Shown one piece after another: positions 53,602-63,013 of a DNA stretch of 64,000 nucleotides. The DNA is taken from NCBI GenBank assembly GCA_964518875.1, contig CAZFHI010000008.1, positions 1,929 to 65,928 on the forward strand. Direction: 5' to 3'. The DNA is from an uncultured Oscillospiraceae bacterium. Its GTDB lineage: Bacteria > Bacillota > Clostridia > Christensenellales > Aristaeellaceae. The first letter of the stretch is position 1; each line of letters opens with the position of its first letter. The notes beneath the pieces were generated by a model that ran no database searches, had not been told where the DNA came from, and saw only the letters and a list, made by a program, of their open reading frames with translations. Both the position numbers and the translations under genes were made by a program.

Positions 53602-56321
53602 TAATTCTTTCCTCCCGCTCTGCCGCAGCAATTCTTATATTTTTTCCCGCTTCCGCAAGGGCATGGGCTGTTGCGGCCAGGCTTTTTCCCTTTTACTATC
53701 GGCCTGTTCGCTTTTACAGCGTTTGAAGCCTGCCGCGGCGCCGTATCCGCCCCTTTTTCAGATGTTACCCTTGCTACCACCCTTCTTTCAGCAGGCTTTT
53801 GTATCTTAATCTGATAGAGCTGGCGAATCGTGTCCTCCTGTATAAGGTGCACCATCTCATCAAACATATCATAGCTTTCAACCTTGTATTCGTTCACAGG
53901 ATCGCGCTGTGCGTACGCCCTTAAGCCTATGCCGTCGCGCAGCCTGTCCATGGCGTCTATGTGATCCATCCAGCGCAGGTCTACTGCCCTTAGAAGTATA
54001 TTGCGCTCAAGCTCGCGCATGTCTATGCCTATGGATGTTATTCCCTTTTCTCTTTCTGAATAGAAGTCTTCAGAAGCTTTTATTAAAAAGTTTATCGCGC
54101 CGTCTTTGTCAAAATCAGCAAACGCTTCCCTGTTTTTATCTATCGTGCCGTTACGTACGCACAGCTTCTCCAGGTATTCTGCAAGGCCGTCGACATTCCA
54201 CTCGGAATTTTCACCGGTTAAAAAGCGGTCAACAGCTTCAGTTATAAGCTTTTTAACCATGTTCCTTATGTTTTCGCGCATGTTTTCGCCTTCAAGCACC
54301 TGACGGCGCTCGCCGTATATTATAGTGCGCTGCTGGTTCATTACGTCGTCATACTTAAGCACGTTTTTACGTATCTCATAGTTGCGGCTTTCAACGCGCT
54401 TTTGCGCGTTTTCTATCTGCTTTGTAAGCATGCCCGCTTCGAGCGGTTCCGAATCGTCCATGCCTAATTTATCTGTGATAGCCTGCATGCGCTCTCCGCC
54501 GAACAGCCGCATTAAATCGTCCTCAAGAGAAATAAAGAACTGGGAAGATCCCGGGTCTCCCTGTCTGCCCGCGCGGCCCCTGAGCTGGTTGTCTATGCGG
54601 CGGCTCTCATGCCTTTCAGTGCCTATTATGTGCAGCCCGCCAAGCTTAACTACCTTTTCATGCTCTGCGTCCGTCTTAGTTTTATACTTATCTCGTAATG
54701 AGTTAAATTTTTCTCTTGCTTCTATTATCTTCTCATCGTCAGTTTCGCCTTTGCCAGTCGCCTGTTCTATAATATTTTCGTCATAGCCTTCTCTTGCCAT
54801 CTGCTGTCTTGCCATAAAAGATGGGTTTCCGCCAAGCAGTATGTCTGTGCCGCGGCCTGCCATATTAGTGGCTATGGTAACAGCGCCAAAGTGTCCGGCC
54901 TGCGCTACTATAACGGCTTCACGGGCATGGTTTTTGGCGTTTAAAACCTCGTGCTCTACGCCGCGGCGCTTAAGCATGGCGCTTAAAAGCTCGCTTATTT
55001 CCACTGAAATGGTGCCGACAAGTATAGGCTGCCCAGTTTCGTGTCTGCGTATTATTTCTTCTATTACAGCGTTGTACTTGGCCTTCTTGCTGCGATATAC
55101 CATGTCGTTTAAGTCCTGCCTTATCATAGGCATATTTGTAGGAACTTCTACGACGTCAAGATTGTATATGCCCTGGAACTCCGCTTCTTCCGTTTTGGCA
55201 GTGCCTGTCATGCCGGAAAGCTTTTCATACATTCTGAAATAGTTCTGGAATGTGATTGTAGCAAGCGTTTTGCTTTCGCTTGCGACAGTTACGTGCTCTT
55301 TTGCTTCTATTGCCTGGTGCAGGCCGTCTGAATAGCGCCTGCCTACCATAAGCCTGCCTGTGAATTCATCCACTATGACAACTTCGTTGTTTTGCACTAC
55401 GTAGTCTATATCGCGCTTCATAATGGTATTAGCGCGAAGGGCGTTTAATATATAGTGGTTAAGCTCGTTATTTTCAGGGTCGGAAAGATTGTCTATGTTA
55501 AAAGCTTTTTCAGCCTTTTCGGTTCCCTGTTCCGTAAGAACAACGGAACGCTCTTTTTCATCTATGCTGTAATCTTCCTCGTTTTTAAGGCGTATAACAA
55601 AGTCGTTGGCCTTCCCGTACATCGCGGTAGGCTTTTCGCCCTGGCCGGATATTATAAGCGGCGTTCTCGCTTCATCTATCAATATAGAGTCCACTTCGTC
55701 GACTATCGCAAAGGCGTGGCCTCTTTGCACCATGTTTTCCTTATAGACGACCATGTTGTCCCTTAAGTAGTCAAAGCCCATCTCGTTGTTGGTGCCGTAA
55801 GTTATATCGCAGTTGTAGGCCTCGCGCCTTTGTTCGCCTGTTAAATCGTGCACTATAATGCCTACTGTAAGCCCTAAAAATTTAAACAGCTTGCCCATAT
55901 CCTCGCCCTGGAAGGACGCAAGATAATCGTTTACTGTAACTATATGCACGCCTTTGCCTGTAAGGCCGTTAAGGTATGCGGGAAGGCACGCCGTAAGCGT
56001 TTTGCCTTCGCCCGTTTTCATTTCGGCTATCCTGCCCTGGTGAAGCACTACGCCGCCCATTAGCTGTACTTTAAACGGCCTTAAACCCAGTATTCTGTCC
56101 GACGCTTCACGCACAGTCGCAAAGGCTTCGACTAATATATCGTCCAGGGTTTCCCCGGCTTTAAGTCTACACCTGAATTCTTCAGTCTTATTTGCTAAGT
56201 CTTTATCGCTCAGCTGCCTGTATTCGCTTTCGAGAGCTATTATTTCATCAGCGGTTTTTTCTAACGGCCCAAGCTCTGCATTTTCACCCAGGCCAAGCAT
56301 TTTCTTAATTTTATTAAACAT
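53601..56321 (-). CDS. secA: Preprotein translocase ATPase SecA
   Basis: MKTGEGKTL Walker [20 protein letters not shown], and a C-terminal zinc motif [17 protein letters not shown] at 56321 ([10 protein letters not shown]) is preceded by AAGGAGAAG. The ORF track extends to 56339. Confidence 0.97.
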   Translation of the reverse strand: MFNKIKKMLGLGENAELGPLEKTADEIIALESEYRQLSDKDLANKTEEFRCRLKAGETLDDILVEAFATVREASDRILGLRPFKVQLMGGVVLHQGRIAEMKTGEGKTLTACLPAYLNGLTGKGVHIVTVNDYLASFQGEDMGKLFKFLGLTVGIIVHDLTGEQRREAYNCDITYGTNNEMGFDYLRDNMVVYKENMVQRGHAFAIVDEVDSILIDEARTPLIISGQGEKPTAMYGKANDFVIRLKNEEDYSIDEKERSVVLTEQGTEKAEKAFNIDNLSDPENNELNHYILNALRANTIMKRDIDYVVQNNEVVIVDEFTGRLMVGRRYSDGLHQAIEAKEHVTVASESKTLATITFQNYFRMYEKLSGMTGTAKTEEAEFQGIYNLDVVEVPTNMPMIRQDLNDMVYRSKKAKYNAVIEEIIRRHETGQPILVGTISVEISELLSAMLKRRGVEHEVLNAKNHAREAVIVAQAGHFGAVTIATNMAGRGTDILLGGNPSFMARQQMAREGYDENIIEQATGKGETDDEKIIEAREKFNSLRDKYKTKTDAEHEKVVKLGGLHIIGTERHESRRIDNQLRGRAGRQGDPGSSQFFISLEDDLMRLFGGERMQAITDKLGMDDSEPLEAGMLTKQIENAQKRVESRNYEIRKNVLKYDDVMNQQRTIIYGERRQVLEGENMRENIRNMVKKLITEAVDRFLTGENSEWNVDGLAEYLEKLCVRNGTIDKNREAFADFDKDGAINFLIKASEDFYSEREKGITSIGIDMRELERNILLRAVDLRWMDHIDAMDRLRDGIGLRAYAQRDPVNEYKVESYDMFDEMVHLIQEDTIRQLYQIKIQKPAERRVVARVTSEKGADTAPRQASNAVKANRPIVKGKKPGRNSPCPCGSGKKYKNCCGRAGGKN

Positions 56322-56437
56322 TAACTTCTCCTTTGGCATAAAGCCTTTGTTATTATACCATTGTGCGGGTCAGCAGGCAATATTACCGCTTGCGCGACAC
56401 GCAAAGCTAAGGTAAAATTAAGCGAGGAGGATATATT

Positions 56438-56863
56438 ATGGAAAGTTTGTTTGGTTCAGCGGAGCTTACCGTAAAAAAAGAACATCTTGCAGAAAACATA
56501 GGATCCGGCGATACAGAGGTGCTATCCACCCCTGTTATTGCAGCGCTTATAGAAAAAGCCGCTTATCAAAGCATCGCTTCGCTTTTAGAGCCGGATGAAA
56601 CAACGGTAGGCACGTTTATTTCTATTTCACACATTTCCCCTACGCCAGAAAGCATGAAGATTTATGCTTTCAGCAAATTAGTCAGCATATCGCAAAACCA
56701 ACGAGAATTTTCTTTCCTCGTAGAAGCATATGATGAAACAGGCTTAATATGCAAGGGCGAACACAAGCGCGTAAAAGTAAAAAAACAAAAATTTGTCCAA
56801 AAAGCTGAAAATAAATTATTTTCCGATGCAAGGAATTCCGCTCCTGTTCCGTTTAATAGTTGA
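56438..56863 (+). CDS. Hotdog-fold thioesterase-like protein (COG5496/FlK-like)
   Basis: 141 aa. GSGDTEVLSTPVIAALIEKAAYQSI resembles the N-terminal signature of this small thioesterase family. RBS GAGGAGGA. Confidence 0.55.
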   Translation: MESLFGSAELTVKKEHLAENIGSGDTEVLSTPVIAALIEKAAYQSIASLLEPDETTVGTFISISHISPTPESMKIYAFSKLVSISQNQREFSFLVEAYDETGLICKGEHKRVKVKKQKFVQKAENKLFSDARNSAPVPFNS

Positions 56864-56881
56864 AATGTATCCGTATCGGAG

Positions 56882-57397
56882 GTGAGCAAGTCGTCGCAGG
56901 AAGATTATAACGCGATAGCCGAGTCGCTTTATATTAAGTACGCTAAGGATGTTTTGCGCGTAAGCTACTTTTATCTTGGCGACGTACAGCAGGCCGAGGA
57001 TGTTATGCAGGAAGTGTTCGTACGGCTGCTCACAAATAAGCCTCCGCTGGAAAAAGGCAAGGAAAAGGCCTGGCTTCTTTCGGTGGCGTTTAACCTTTGC
57101 AGAGACATATGGCGGAGCGGCTGGGCTAAGCGAGTGTTTTCAGCTTCCGACAAGCTTATGTTTTATCCTGATGAAAACAGCGAAGTGGAAAACCTTGCGG
57201 ATAAGGCGGCGCTTATGCAGGCTTTGCACTCTTTAAGCCCCGCTCTTAAAGAAACTATGCTTTTGTACTATTATCAAAGCTATACAATAGACGAGATAGC
57301 GCAAATACTGCATTCCACTTCAGGAACCATAGCAAGCAGGCTGTCGAGAGGAAGAGAAAAATTAAAAAAGATTTTAGAAAGAGGTGAAGGCGCATGA
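56882..57397 (+). CDS. ECF-type RNA polymerase sigma-70 factor
   Basis: 171 aa. Region 2 (AEDVMQEVFVRLL...WLLSVAFNLCRDIWR) and region 4 HTH (SYTIDEIAQILHSTSGTIASRLSRGREKLK). GTG start with a weak RBS. Confidence 0.85.
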   Translation: MSKSSQEDYNAIAESLYIKYAKDVLRVSYFYLGDVQQAEDVMQEVFVRLLTNKPPLEKGKEKAWLLSVAFNLCRDIWRSGWAKRVFSASDKLMFYPDENSEVENLADKAALMQALHSLSPALKETMLLYYYQSYTIDEIAQILHSTSGTIASRLSRGREKLKKILERGEGA

Positions 57398-58308
57398 AAA
57401 ACTTAGAACATTTACCGGAAATAGCTGATGAAATGCTTGACGAACTCAAACCGGATTCTTTTTCGTGGGCCAGGATTGTAGCAAAGGCGGACAAAAGAAA
57501 AGATAAGGTAAAAGTATGGAGCACAAAGCGCGTAGCAGCCTTAGCTTGCTCTGTCGCCGTCGTTTTGTTTGCAGGCCTTGCACTCTACAATAATTTTGCT
57601 AAAGACCCGCGGCAGATACAGACCGTTGCGGCTAGCGGCAAGGACCATCTGCGCATGACAGCGCTGTCCGTTCCCCGTGGCAGCATAAGCCTGTCCGACG
57701 GCCAGCCTTCGCAAAACATAGGCATATGGGCTGGCGTAAGCGGCGCCAACTTCCCTCTTATCGCGGCGGAAGGCAGATACTACCGTCTTTTAACTAATCC
57801 TACCGAAATACCTGAAAATATGTTAGGCAGAAAAATAGGCGCTGTTGATACGTTTACCGATGAACCCGCGCTCTGCAATGCCAACGCGCAGATAATAAGC
57901 AACGCTGCGGCGCAGGGAAGCGATGTCTATGCTGTTTCAGGCATGGACGGCGCCGTTGTTGCAGCAAGCGTCGACGGTTCGATGCGCGTGTTCCAGCGCA
58001 TATCCTTTGGCGGACACGCGCTTGTAGGCAGCGAAAGCATAACGTCCACATTGGGCAGCGTTAAGCCCGTCGCAATGCGCCTTTCAGGCGTAGGCACCAT
58101 TACAGATGAAAGTAAAGTAAGCGTACTCCTGGGAATGCTTAGTCAGTCTGACTATCTTGGATCGTCTGTCGCAAGCAAACCGCAAAAGCTTCTAATAGAG
58201 TTCAGCAATGGTTTGGTGTTGCAGCTCTATGCTGACGAGGACAGCTTTTACGCTTGCGGAGGCTTCAACTGCCCTGACTTTTTTTCAACCTTCGCTCAAT
58301 CGTTGTAA
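57394..58308 (+). CDS. Single-pass membrane protein coupled to the ECF sigma gene (candidate anti-sigma factor, non-ZAS)
   Basis: 304 aa. ATGA overlap with the sigma gene. ~50-aa cytoplasmic N-terminus, TM helix VAALACSVAVVLFAGLALY, ~235-aa extracytoplasmic domain with no motif I recognise. Confidence 0.45.
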   Translation: MKNLEHLPEIADEMLDELKPDSFSWARIVAKADKRKDKVKVWSTKRVAALACSVAVVLFAGLALYNNFAKDPRQIQTVAASGKDHLRMTALSVPRGSISLSDGQPSQNIGIWAGVSGANFPLIAAEGRYYRLLTNPTEIPENMLGRKIGAVDTFTDEPALCNANAQIISNAAAQGSDVYAVSGMDGAVVAASVDGSMRVFQRISFGGHALVGSESITSTLGSVKPVAMRLSGVGTITDESKVSVLLGMLSQSDYLGSSVASKPQKLLIEFSNGLVLQLYADEDSFYACGGFNCPDFFSTFAQSL

Positions 58309-58328
58309 AAGCAGCATATAAAAAACAG

Positions 58329-58351
58329 CCCCCGTACAATCGGGGGTTTTA
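58329..58351. terminator. Terminator after the sigma/anti-sigma pair (potentially bidirectional)
   Basis: CCCCCG-TACAAT-CGGGGG followed by TTTT and preceded by AAAAAA. A second hairpin, ACAGCAGG-(9 nt)-CCTGCTGT, lies at 58354-58378. Confidence 0.8.
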
Positions 58352-58406
58352 TTACAGCAGGCTGCCTCCGCCTGCTGTTTAAGTTTATCGAAAATAAATT
58401 TGCGTT

Positions 58407-59573
58407 TTAAATATTTTTAAAAAACGGTTCTCCGTTTTCTTTTAGTAAAATACCATAATCGTCAAAATGCAGTTCTTCAGGGGCCGAACCCATATACCGT
58501 ATTATTTCGTCCATTTTTATGCTCTCCTGAAATGTCATAAGCGTAAAAGCTTCCCCTTCTTTTTTAGCTCTTCCGGTTCTGCCTATTCTATGCAGGTAAT
58601 ATTCATTTTCATTAGGCAAATCGTAATTTATAACTATGTCTACATCGTACACATCTATGCCGCGCGCAGCAACATCAGTGCATACTAATATAGGAAATTC
58701 GCCCTGCTTAAAACCGTTCATTATATGCGTTCTTTGCTTTTGACGTATGTCTCCATGCAGCGCTTTAGCGTTGTATCCGCTTTTTTTAAGCATTGCGCAC
58801 AGCTTTTCCGCCATAAACTTGGTATTTACAAAAACCATGGCGCGGTTATACTCGTTAGAGTCAAAAAGATATAAAATATAGTCCGTCTTCCTGCTGTGCT
58901 CCGCTTTAATCACATACTGCTTTATTTTAGGCTTGTCTTCATTTTCAGCCTGTACTACGATTTCAACAGGCTTGTACTGGTACTGCCATGAAACAGTCTG
59001 AACGTCCTGGTTTGTAGTAGCGGAAAACATAACCGTCTGTTTATCTTCAGGCGTCATATCTAATATTTTTTTTACGTCTTCTATAAAGCCCATGTTGAAC
59101 ATTTCGTCCGCTTCATCTATTACCATAGTATGAATATACTTAATGGAAACATGTCTTCTATATATCATATCAAGCAGTCTGCCGGGCGTTGCTATAACTA
59201 TATGCGGCTTCTTTTTAAGCTTGCTAACCTGCTTTTTTATAGGCTGGCCACCATATATAAGAGCTATCCTGACATCTTTTATGTATTTAGCAAGAGATAC
59301 TATTTCTTCAAATATCTGCATCGCTAATTCTCTTGTCGGCGCCAAAACAAGCTCCTGCAGAGTATCGCTTTTAAGGTCTATATATTCAAGCATGGGTATG
59401 CCAAAAGCTATGGTTTTGCCTGTGCCGGTAGGCGCAATAGCAATAATATCCTGCCCGTCCATCATAAGAGGTATGGTCTTTTCCTGTATGGAAGTAGGCT
59501 TTACTATATCGAGGTCTGAAAGCGCTCTTTGCACTTCCCTGCTTACAAAAAGTTTTGAAAAATCTTCAGCCAT
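58407..59573 (-). CDS. DEAD-box ATP-dependent RNA helicase
   Basis: 388 aa. Q-motif region, APTGTGKT, DEAD (VIDEADEMF), SAT, HRIGRTGR. Confidence 0.94.
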   Translation of the reverse strand: MAEDFSKLFVSREVQRALSDLDIVKPTSIQEKTIPLMMDGQDIIAIAPTGTGKTIAFGIPMLEYIDLKSDTLQELVLAPTRELAMQIFEEIVSLAKYIKDVRIALIYGGQPIKKQVSKLKKKPHIVIATPGRLLDMIYRRHVSIKYIHTMVIDEADEMFNMGFIEDVKKILDMTPEDKQTVMFSATTNQDVQTVSWQYQYKPVEIVVQAENEDKPKIKQYVIKAEHSRKTDYILYLFDSNEYNRAMVFVNTKFMAEKLCAMLKKSGYNAKALHGDIRQKQRTHIMNGFKQGEFPILVCTDVAARGIDVYDVDIVINYDLPNENEYYLHRIGRTGRAKKEGEAFTLMTFQESIKMDEIIRYMGSAPEELHFDDYGILLKENGEPFFKNI

Positions 59574-59596
59574 TTCTAATCCTGTTCAGTACTTTC

Positions 59597-60259
59597 CTAC
59601 ATCATGCTCTGATTGTTTATTATTAGTCCAAAGCGCAGTCCCAGCTTTTCTGCCGCGCGCTTGCACAGCAGCATTCTGTTTAAAAATATTTCAAAATAAT
59701 CTGAAATAGAGCTGACGCTTGTATCTATCTGCAAATTGAGCAGCACTTCTTTTTTTTGCACATCAAGCTGCACATCAGATTTTTCAACAGCATAGTTAAC
59801 CCTGTCGTGTATATCAAAGCTGATATTATCCTTGTTGCGCACGCGGCTCCTGCGTACGTCCGTTTTATCCGCAAGTATAAGAGCTGCCGCTATATCGCTT
59901 ACAGGCGAAGCTGTGCCCTCGTCGTGGTTGCCTATGGCGCCGACTACAAGCGCTATGTCGTCAGGTTCCGCCCCTAAACGATTTAATATTTGAAACACCA
60001 TAACCGCGCCTGAAATCTCATGCCCGCTGCGGTTTATCACGTTGCCTATATCGTGAAGATATCCCGCAACCGCCGCAAGCTCCGCCTGTTTTTCTGTGTG
60101 CCCTGTTTCCCTGAGTATCCACGAGGCTATTTTAGCAGACCTTGTTACATGCGGAAAACTGTGCTCCGTGTAGCCCATGGCTATAAGCATTTCATCCGCT
60201 TTTTGTATGTATGTTTTTATTTCTTCGTTATTTTTTATTACGTCAAGCGTTAACTCCAT
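59597..60259 (-). CDS. HD-domain phosphohydrolase-family protein
   Basis: 220 aa. HSFPHV...LHDIGN...GNHDEG pattern of HD metal-dependent phosphohydrolases. Confidence 0.7.
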   Translation of the reverse strand: MELTLDVIKNNEEIKTYIQKADEMLIAMGYTEHSFPHVTRSAKIASWILRETGHTEKQAELAAVAGYLHDIGNVINRSGHEISGAVMVFQILNRLGAEPDDIALVVGAIGNHDEGTASPVSDIAAALILADKTDVRRSRVRNKDNISFDIHDRVNYAVEKSDVQLDVQKKEVLLNLQIDTSVSSISDYFEIFLNRMLLCKRAAEKLGLRFGLIINNQSMM

Positions 60260-60310
60260 AGCGTCCCCTGATCAAATCATAAAAGCCCGACTTGCGCCGG
60301 GCTTTAGCTC

Positions 60311-60658
60311 TTATTGCTGGGAAAGCTCTACAAGCTTTGTAAAGCCTTGCGTATCGTTTATTGCCATGTCGGCAAGCATTTTACGGTTGACTTCTATACC
60401 CTGCTTTTTAAGACCGTTTATAAATTTTGAATAGCTTGTACCGTTCATACGTGCCGCCGCGTTAATACGCGTAATCCACAAGCGGCGAAAATCTCTCTTG
60501 CGCATTTTGCGCCCTGCATATGCATAGCGTAAAGACCTGCGAACCTGTTCGCTTGCGGCACGATAATTTTTTGACCTTGCGCCATAGTAACCCTTTGAGA
60601 GTTTTAATATTTTGCGGCGTTTTTTTTGCGCATTAACCGCTCTTTTTATACGAGCCAT
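60311..60658 (-). CDS. rplT: 50S ribosomal protein L20
   Basis: 115 aa. [27 protein letters not shown]... Confidence 0.98.
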   Translation of the reverse strand: MARIKRAVNAQKKRRKILKLSKGYYGARSKNYRAASEQVRRSLRYAYAGRKMRKRDFRRLWITRINAAARMNGTSYSKFINGLKKQGIEVNRKMLADMAINDTQGFTKLVELSQQ

Positions 60659-60684
60659 TGTAGTTCCTCCTTAAAGCAAATAAC

Positions 60685-60882
60685 TTATTGTTGAATCAAA
60701 GTGCGAATGGTACGCGTTTCTCTATTGCTGGCCAAGATACCGCCTGCACGCAGTTTGCGCTGACGCTTCGTATTCTTTTTGGTAAGAATATGGTTGCGGT
60801 TCATTTTCCTGTACTTTACCTTACCGTTCTTTGTCACACGAAAGCGCTTGACTGCGCCGCGGTTTGATTTCATCTTAGGCAT
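60685..60882 (-). CDS. rpmI: 50S ribosomal protein L35
   Basis: 65 aa. [36 protein letters not shown]... Confidence 0.98.
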   Translation of the reverse strand: MPKMKSNRGAVKRFRVTKNGKVKYRKMNRNHILTKKNTKRQRKLRAGGILASNRETRTIRTLIQQ

Positions 60883-60928
60883 AAATGTCCCTCCTTGATA
60901 TTGTGATGCACATACGCATTGTTTATCG

Positions 60929-61465
60929 CTATTTGTTTTCTTCCGGCTTGTCGTCTTGAGAAGCAGGCGCCAGAATCATAATCATATGGCGGCCTTCAGT
61001 GCTTGGCTTTTTTTCCACAACGCTGACATCGCTAAGCCTTTGCGCAAAGTCTTTCATAACAGAAAAGCCGATTTCAGGGTGAGTTATCTGGCGGCCTCTA
61101 AAGCGTATTGTAACTTTAACTTTGTCGCCTTTGGTTAAAAACTTTCTTGCTCTTCTTTCCTTAACCTGAATATCATTCTCTTCAATAGTTACGGATAGCT
61201 GAACCTCTTTCACAGATATGGTCTGCTGGTTCTTGCGCATTTCCTTTTCTTTCTTTGCCTGTTCGTAACGATGTTTGTCGTAGTTCATTAGCCTGCATAC
61301 TGGCGGCTTGGCGTTTGGCGCAACGCGCACTAAGTCCAAAGCGGCGGCGTCTGCTTCCTGCAGCGCCTTATCAATAGGCATAATGCCCAACTGTTCCCCG
61401 TTTGAACCTATTACTCGCACCTCTCTGTCGCGTATTTGCCTGTTCACCATTAGTTCGTTGCTGAT
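60929..61465 (-). CDS. infC: Translation initiation factor IF-3, apparently initiating at a non-canonical ATC codon
   Basis: [29 protein letters not shown]... aligns residue-for-residue with the MSKDFIINEQIRAREVRLI start of Bacillus IF-3 as I recall it. ATC at 61463-61465 lies 8 nt downstream of GGAGGTG. The next ATG (61450) is 23 nt from the SD. The ORF track's upstream extension to 61531 runs through the leader terminator. Confidence 0.9.
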   Translation of the reverse strand: MSNELMVNRQIRDREVRVIGSNGEQLGIMPIDKALQEADAAALDLVRVAPNAKPPVCRLMNYDKHRYEQAKKEKEMRKNQQTISVKEVQLSVTIEENDIQVKERRARKFLTKGDKVKVTIRFRGRQITHPEIGFSVMKDFAQRLSDVSVVEKKPSTEGRHMIMILAPASQDDKPEENK

Positions 61466-61485
61466 AAACAATGCACCTCCTGAGC

Positions 61486-61516
61486 ATAAAAATTGGCGGG
61501 CACAAGCACCCGCCAA
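61486..61516 (-). terminator. Intrinsic terminator inside the infC leader (L20-type transcription attenuator)
   Basis: Minus-strand UUGGCGGGUGCUUGUGCCCGCCAAUUUUUAU immediately upstream of the infC SD. Confidence 0.75.
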
Positions 61517-61597
61517 AAACGCACAAACCACGTTTTAACCTTAACAAAACAAAATTCGTAAGGTGAGAAGCGGGCAGCTTCTGCTTTTCGCATGAAT

Positions 61598-61626
61598 ATA
61601 TTACCAAACTTCACGCTTTTTGTCAA
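61598..61626 (-). promoter_or_regulatory. Sigma-A promoter of the infC-rpmI-rplT operon
   Basis: Minus strand: TTGACA (61626-61621), 17 nt, TAATAT (61603-61598), with TGg extended -10. Confidence 0.75.
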
Positions 61627-62222
61627 TATTTTAATTTGTAGTATTATTCCAAAATTGTACCGAAGTCAAACATATGTGACGCAAGTCCCCGCTAAAACAT
61701 ATTAAATATTATTCCCAGAGAGGGCTGCTGAGTTTCACTCCATTTTATTCAGAGGGATTGTCAATGGCTTTAGAGCGCAGCGTGTACTTGAAGCCAAGTA
61801 TTTGCGATGCGATCCGGCTTTATGTAACAGCCTTGCTGATTTTATTAAGAATTATAATACTTCTTATTTTGCATTAACAGTTCGGAAAGTTTGCATTATG
61901 GTTAGGGTATGGTAAGCATAAGGCAAATAAATTTATATAGTATTTTATCTTTCCTATTGCATATTCAACCGCTCATTTATAACAGCGCATTTTTAGTACT
62001 TTATACTTTTTGCTTAAATGCAGTATTATATATAATGCAGCATAGTATCATTTATTGCAGTAAATTCGCCTTATACTTGCTTATCTATAATTAAAGAATA
62101 GTATTTTATTAAAATCAAAAATATAGAACGCTATAAATTCAGCAATAAAATCAGATTTTTTTTGAAAAGCATCTCTGTTTCTCCGGTTCATTATTTATTT
62201 ACAAACAGTTCATAAACAAACC

Positions 62223-62250
62223 TTGACAAAGTACGTGTTTAATGTATAAT
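62223..62250 (+). promoter_or_regulatory. Sigma-A promoter of hsp20
   Basis: TTGACA (62223-62228), 16 nt, TATAAT (62245-62250). Confidence 0.7.
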
Positions 62251-62254
62251 AATA

Positions 62255-62281
62255 TTAGCACTCGCGAGATGAGAGTGCTAA
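62255..62281 (+). promoter_or_regulatory. CIRCE operator (HrcA binding site)
   Basis: TTAGCACTC-GCGAGATGA-GAGTGCTAA is a perfect match to the consensus TTAGCACTC-N9-GAGTGCTAA. It lies 4 nt after the -10 and 36 nt before the hsp20 ATG. Confidence 0.92.
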
Positions 62282-62317
62282 AAAGTAAGAGGACTTTAAT
62301 TAAAAGGAGTGTATATT

Positions 62318-62770
62318 ATGGCAACATTAATTCCATTTAACCACAGGAGAGATATATGGGATGGCAGCAGCCTGAACAGCATACATAACATGCTTGACGA
62401 TTTCTTTTCTTCAGAATATCCAACAATGAGGAATCTGGCAAGCGATACATTTAAAATGGACATTCAGGAAAGAGAAAAAGACTACATCATAGAAGCGGAG
62501 CTTCCAGGCGTAACAAAGGACGACATCAAACTGTCAATGGATAACGATTGTCTTACAATTGCAGTTGTAGTAACCGAAAAAAGCAAACAGGAAGACGAAA
62601 AGAAAAACTACGTTCATAAGGAACGCCGTTACAGCTCTATGAGCCGCAGCGTTTACCTTGACGATGTAAACAAGAACGAAATAAGCGCTAAGCTTGACAA
62701 CGGCATTTTAAGCATAACCGTTCCAAAGCAGATAAAGGACGAAAATGTAAAAACAATTAACATAGACTAA
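62318..62770 (+). CDS. Small heat-shock protein, Hsp20/alpha-crystallin family
   Basis: 150 aa from ATG at 62318 (RBS AAAGGAG; the ORF track starts at GTG 62309). Alpha-crystallin core FKMDIQEREKDYIIEAELPGVTKDDIKL...GILSITVPK. Confidence 0.94.
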   Translation: MATLIPFNHRRDIWDGSSLNSIHNMLDDFFSSEYPTMRNLASDTFKMDIQEREKDYIIEAELPGVTKDDIKLSMDNDCLTIAVVVTEKSKQEDEKKNYVHKERRYSSMSRSVYLDDVNKNEISAKLDNGILSITVPKQIKDENVKTINID

Positions 62771-62780
62771 CAGTATTTTA

Positions 62781-62810
62781 AAACCCCCTCCTAATATGGA
62801 GGGAGTTTTT
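62781..62810 (+). terminator. hsp20 terminator
   Basis: AAAACCCCCTCC-TAATAT-GGAGGGAGTTTTT. Confidence 0.85.
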
Positions 62811-62970
62811 ATGTCTTTGTCTTTGTTTTTGCATTACGTCATTTCTTATTAAAACTACATATCAGCTTATTTTAAAACGATAAGCGCCATAAAGCAAATT
62901 ACAGCGCAACAAAAAAAGTAAACACAATAAAACTAATCCCCTATTGTTTTTAGGGTATTAGCTTTACTGC

Positions 62971-63003
62971 AAAGAAAGCAATAAGCCCCTTCCGGGGCTT
63001 ATT
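62971..63003 (-). terminator. Terminator of the repeat-protein gene
   Basis: Minus-strand AAUAAGCCCC-GGAA-GGGGCUUAUU followed by GCUUUCUUU. Confidence 0.8.
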
Positions 63004-63013
63004 GACTTTAAAA

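Noticed and set aside
52501-53631. Possible programmed +1 frameshift in prfB
   Set aside because: RF2 is encoded here as one uninterrupted frame from the ATG at 53601, with SPF and GGQ motifs. There is no short upstream ORF ending in CUU UGA. The frameshift autoregulation site is simply absent.
61909-62094. 61-aa ORF in the AT-rich gap upstream of hsp20
   Set aside because: It has no RBS. Its composition (I/L/Y/F/N-rich) is what AT-rich DNA yields in any open frame, and I see no motif. It is treated as non-coding.
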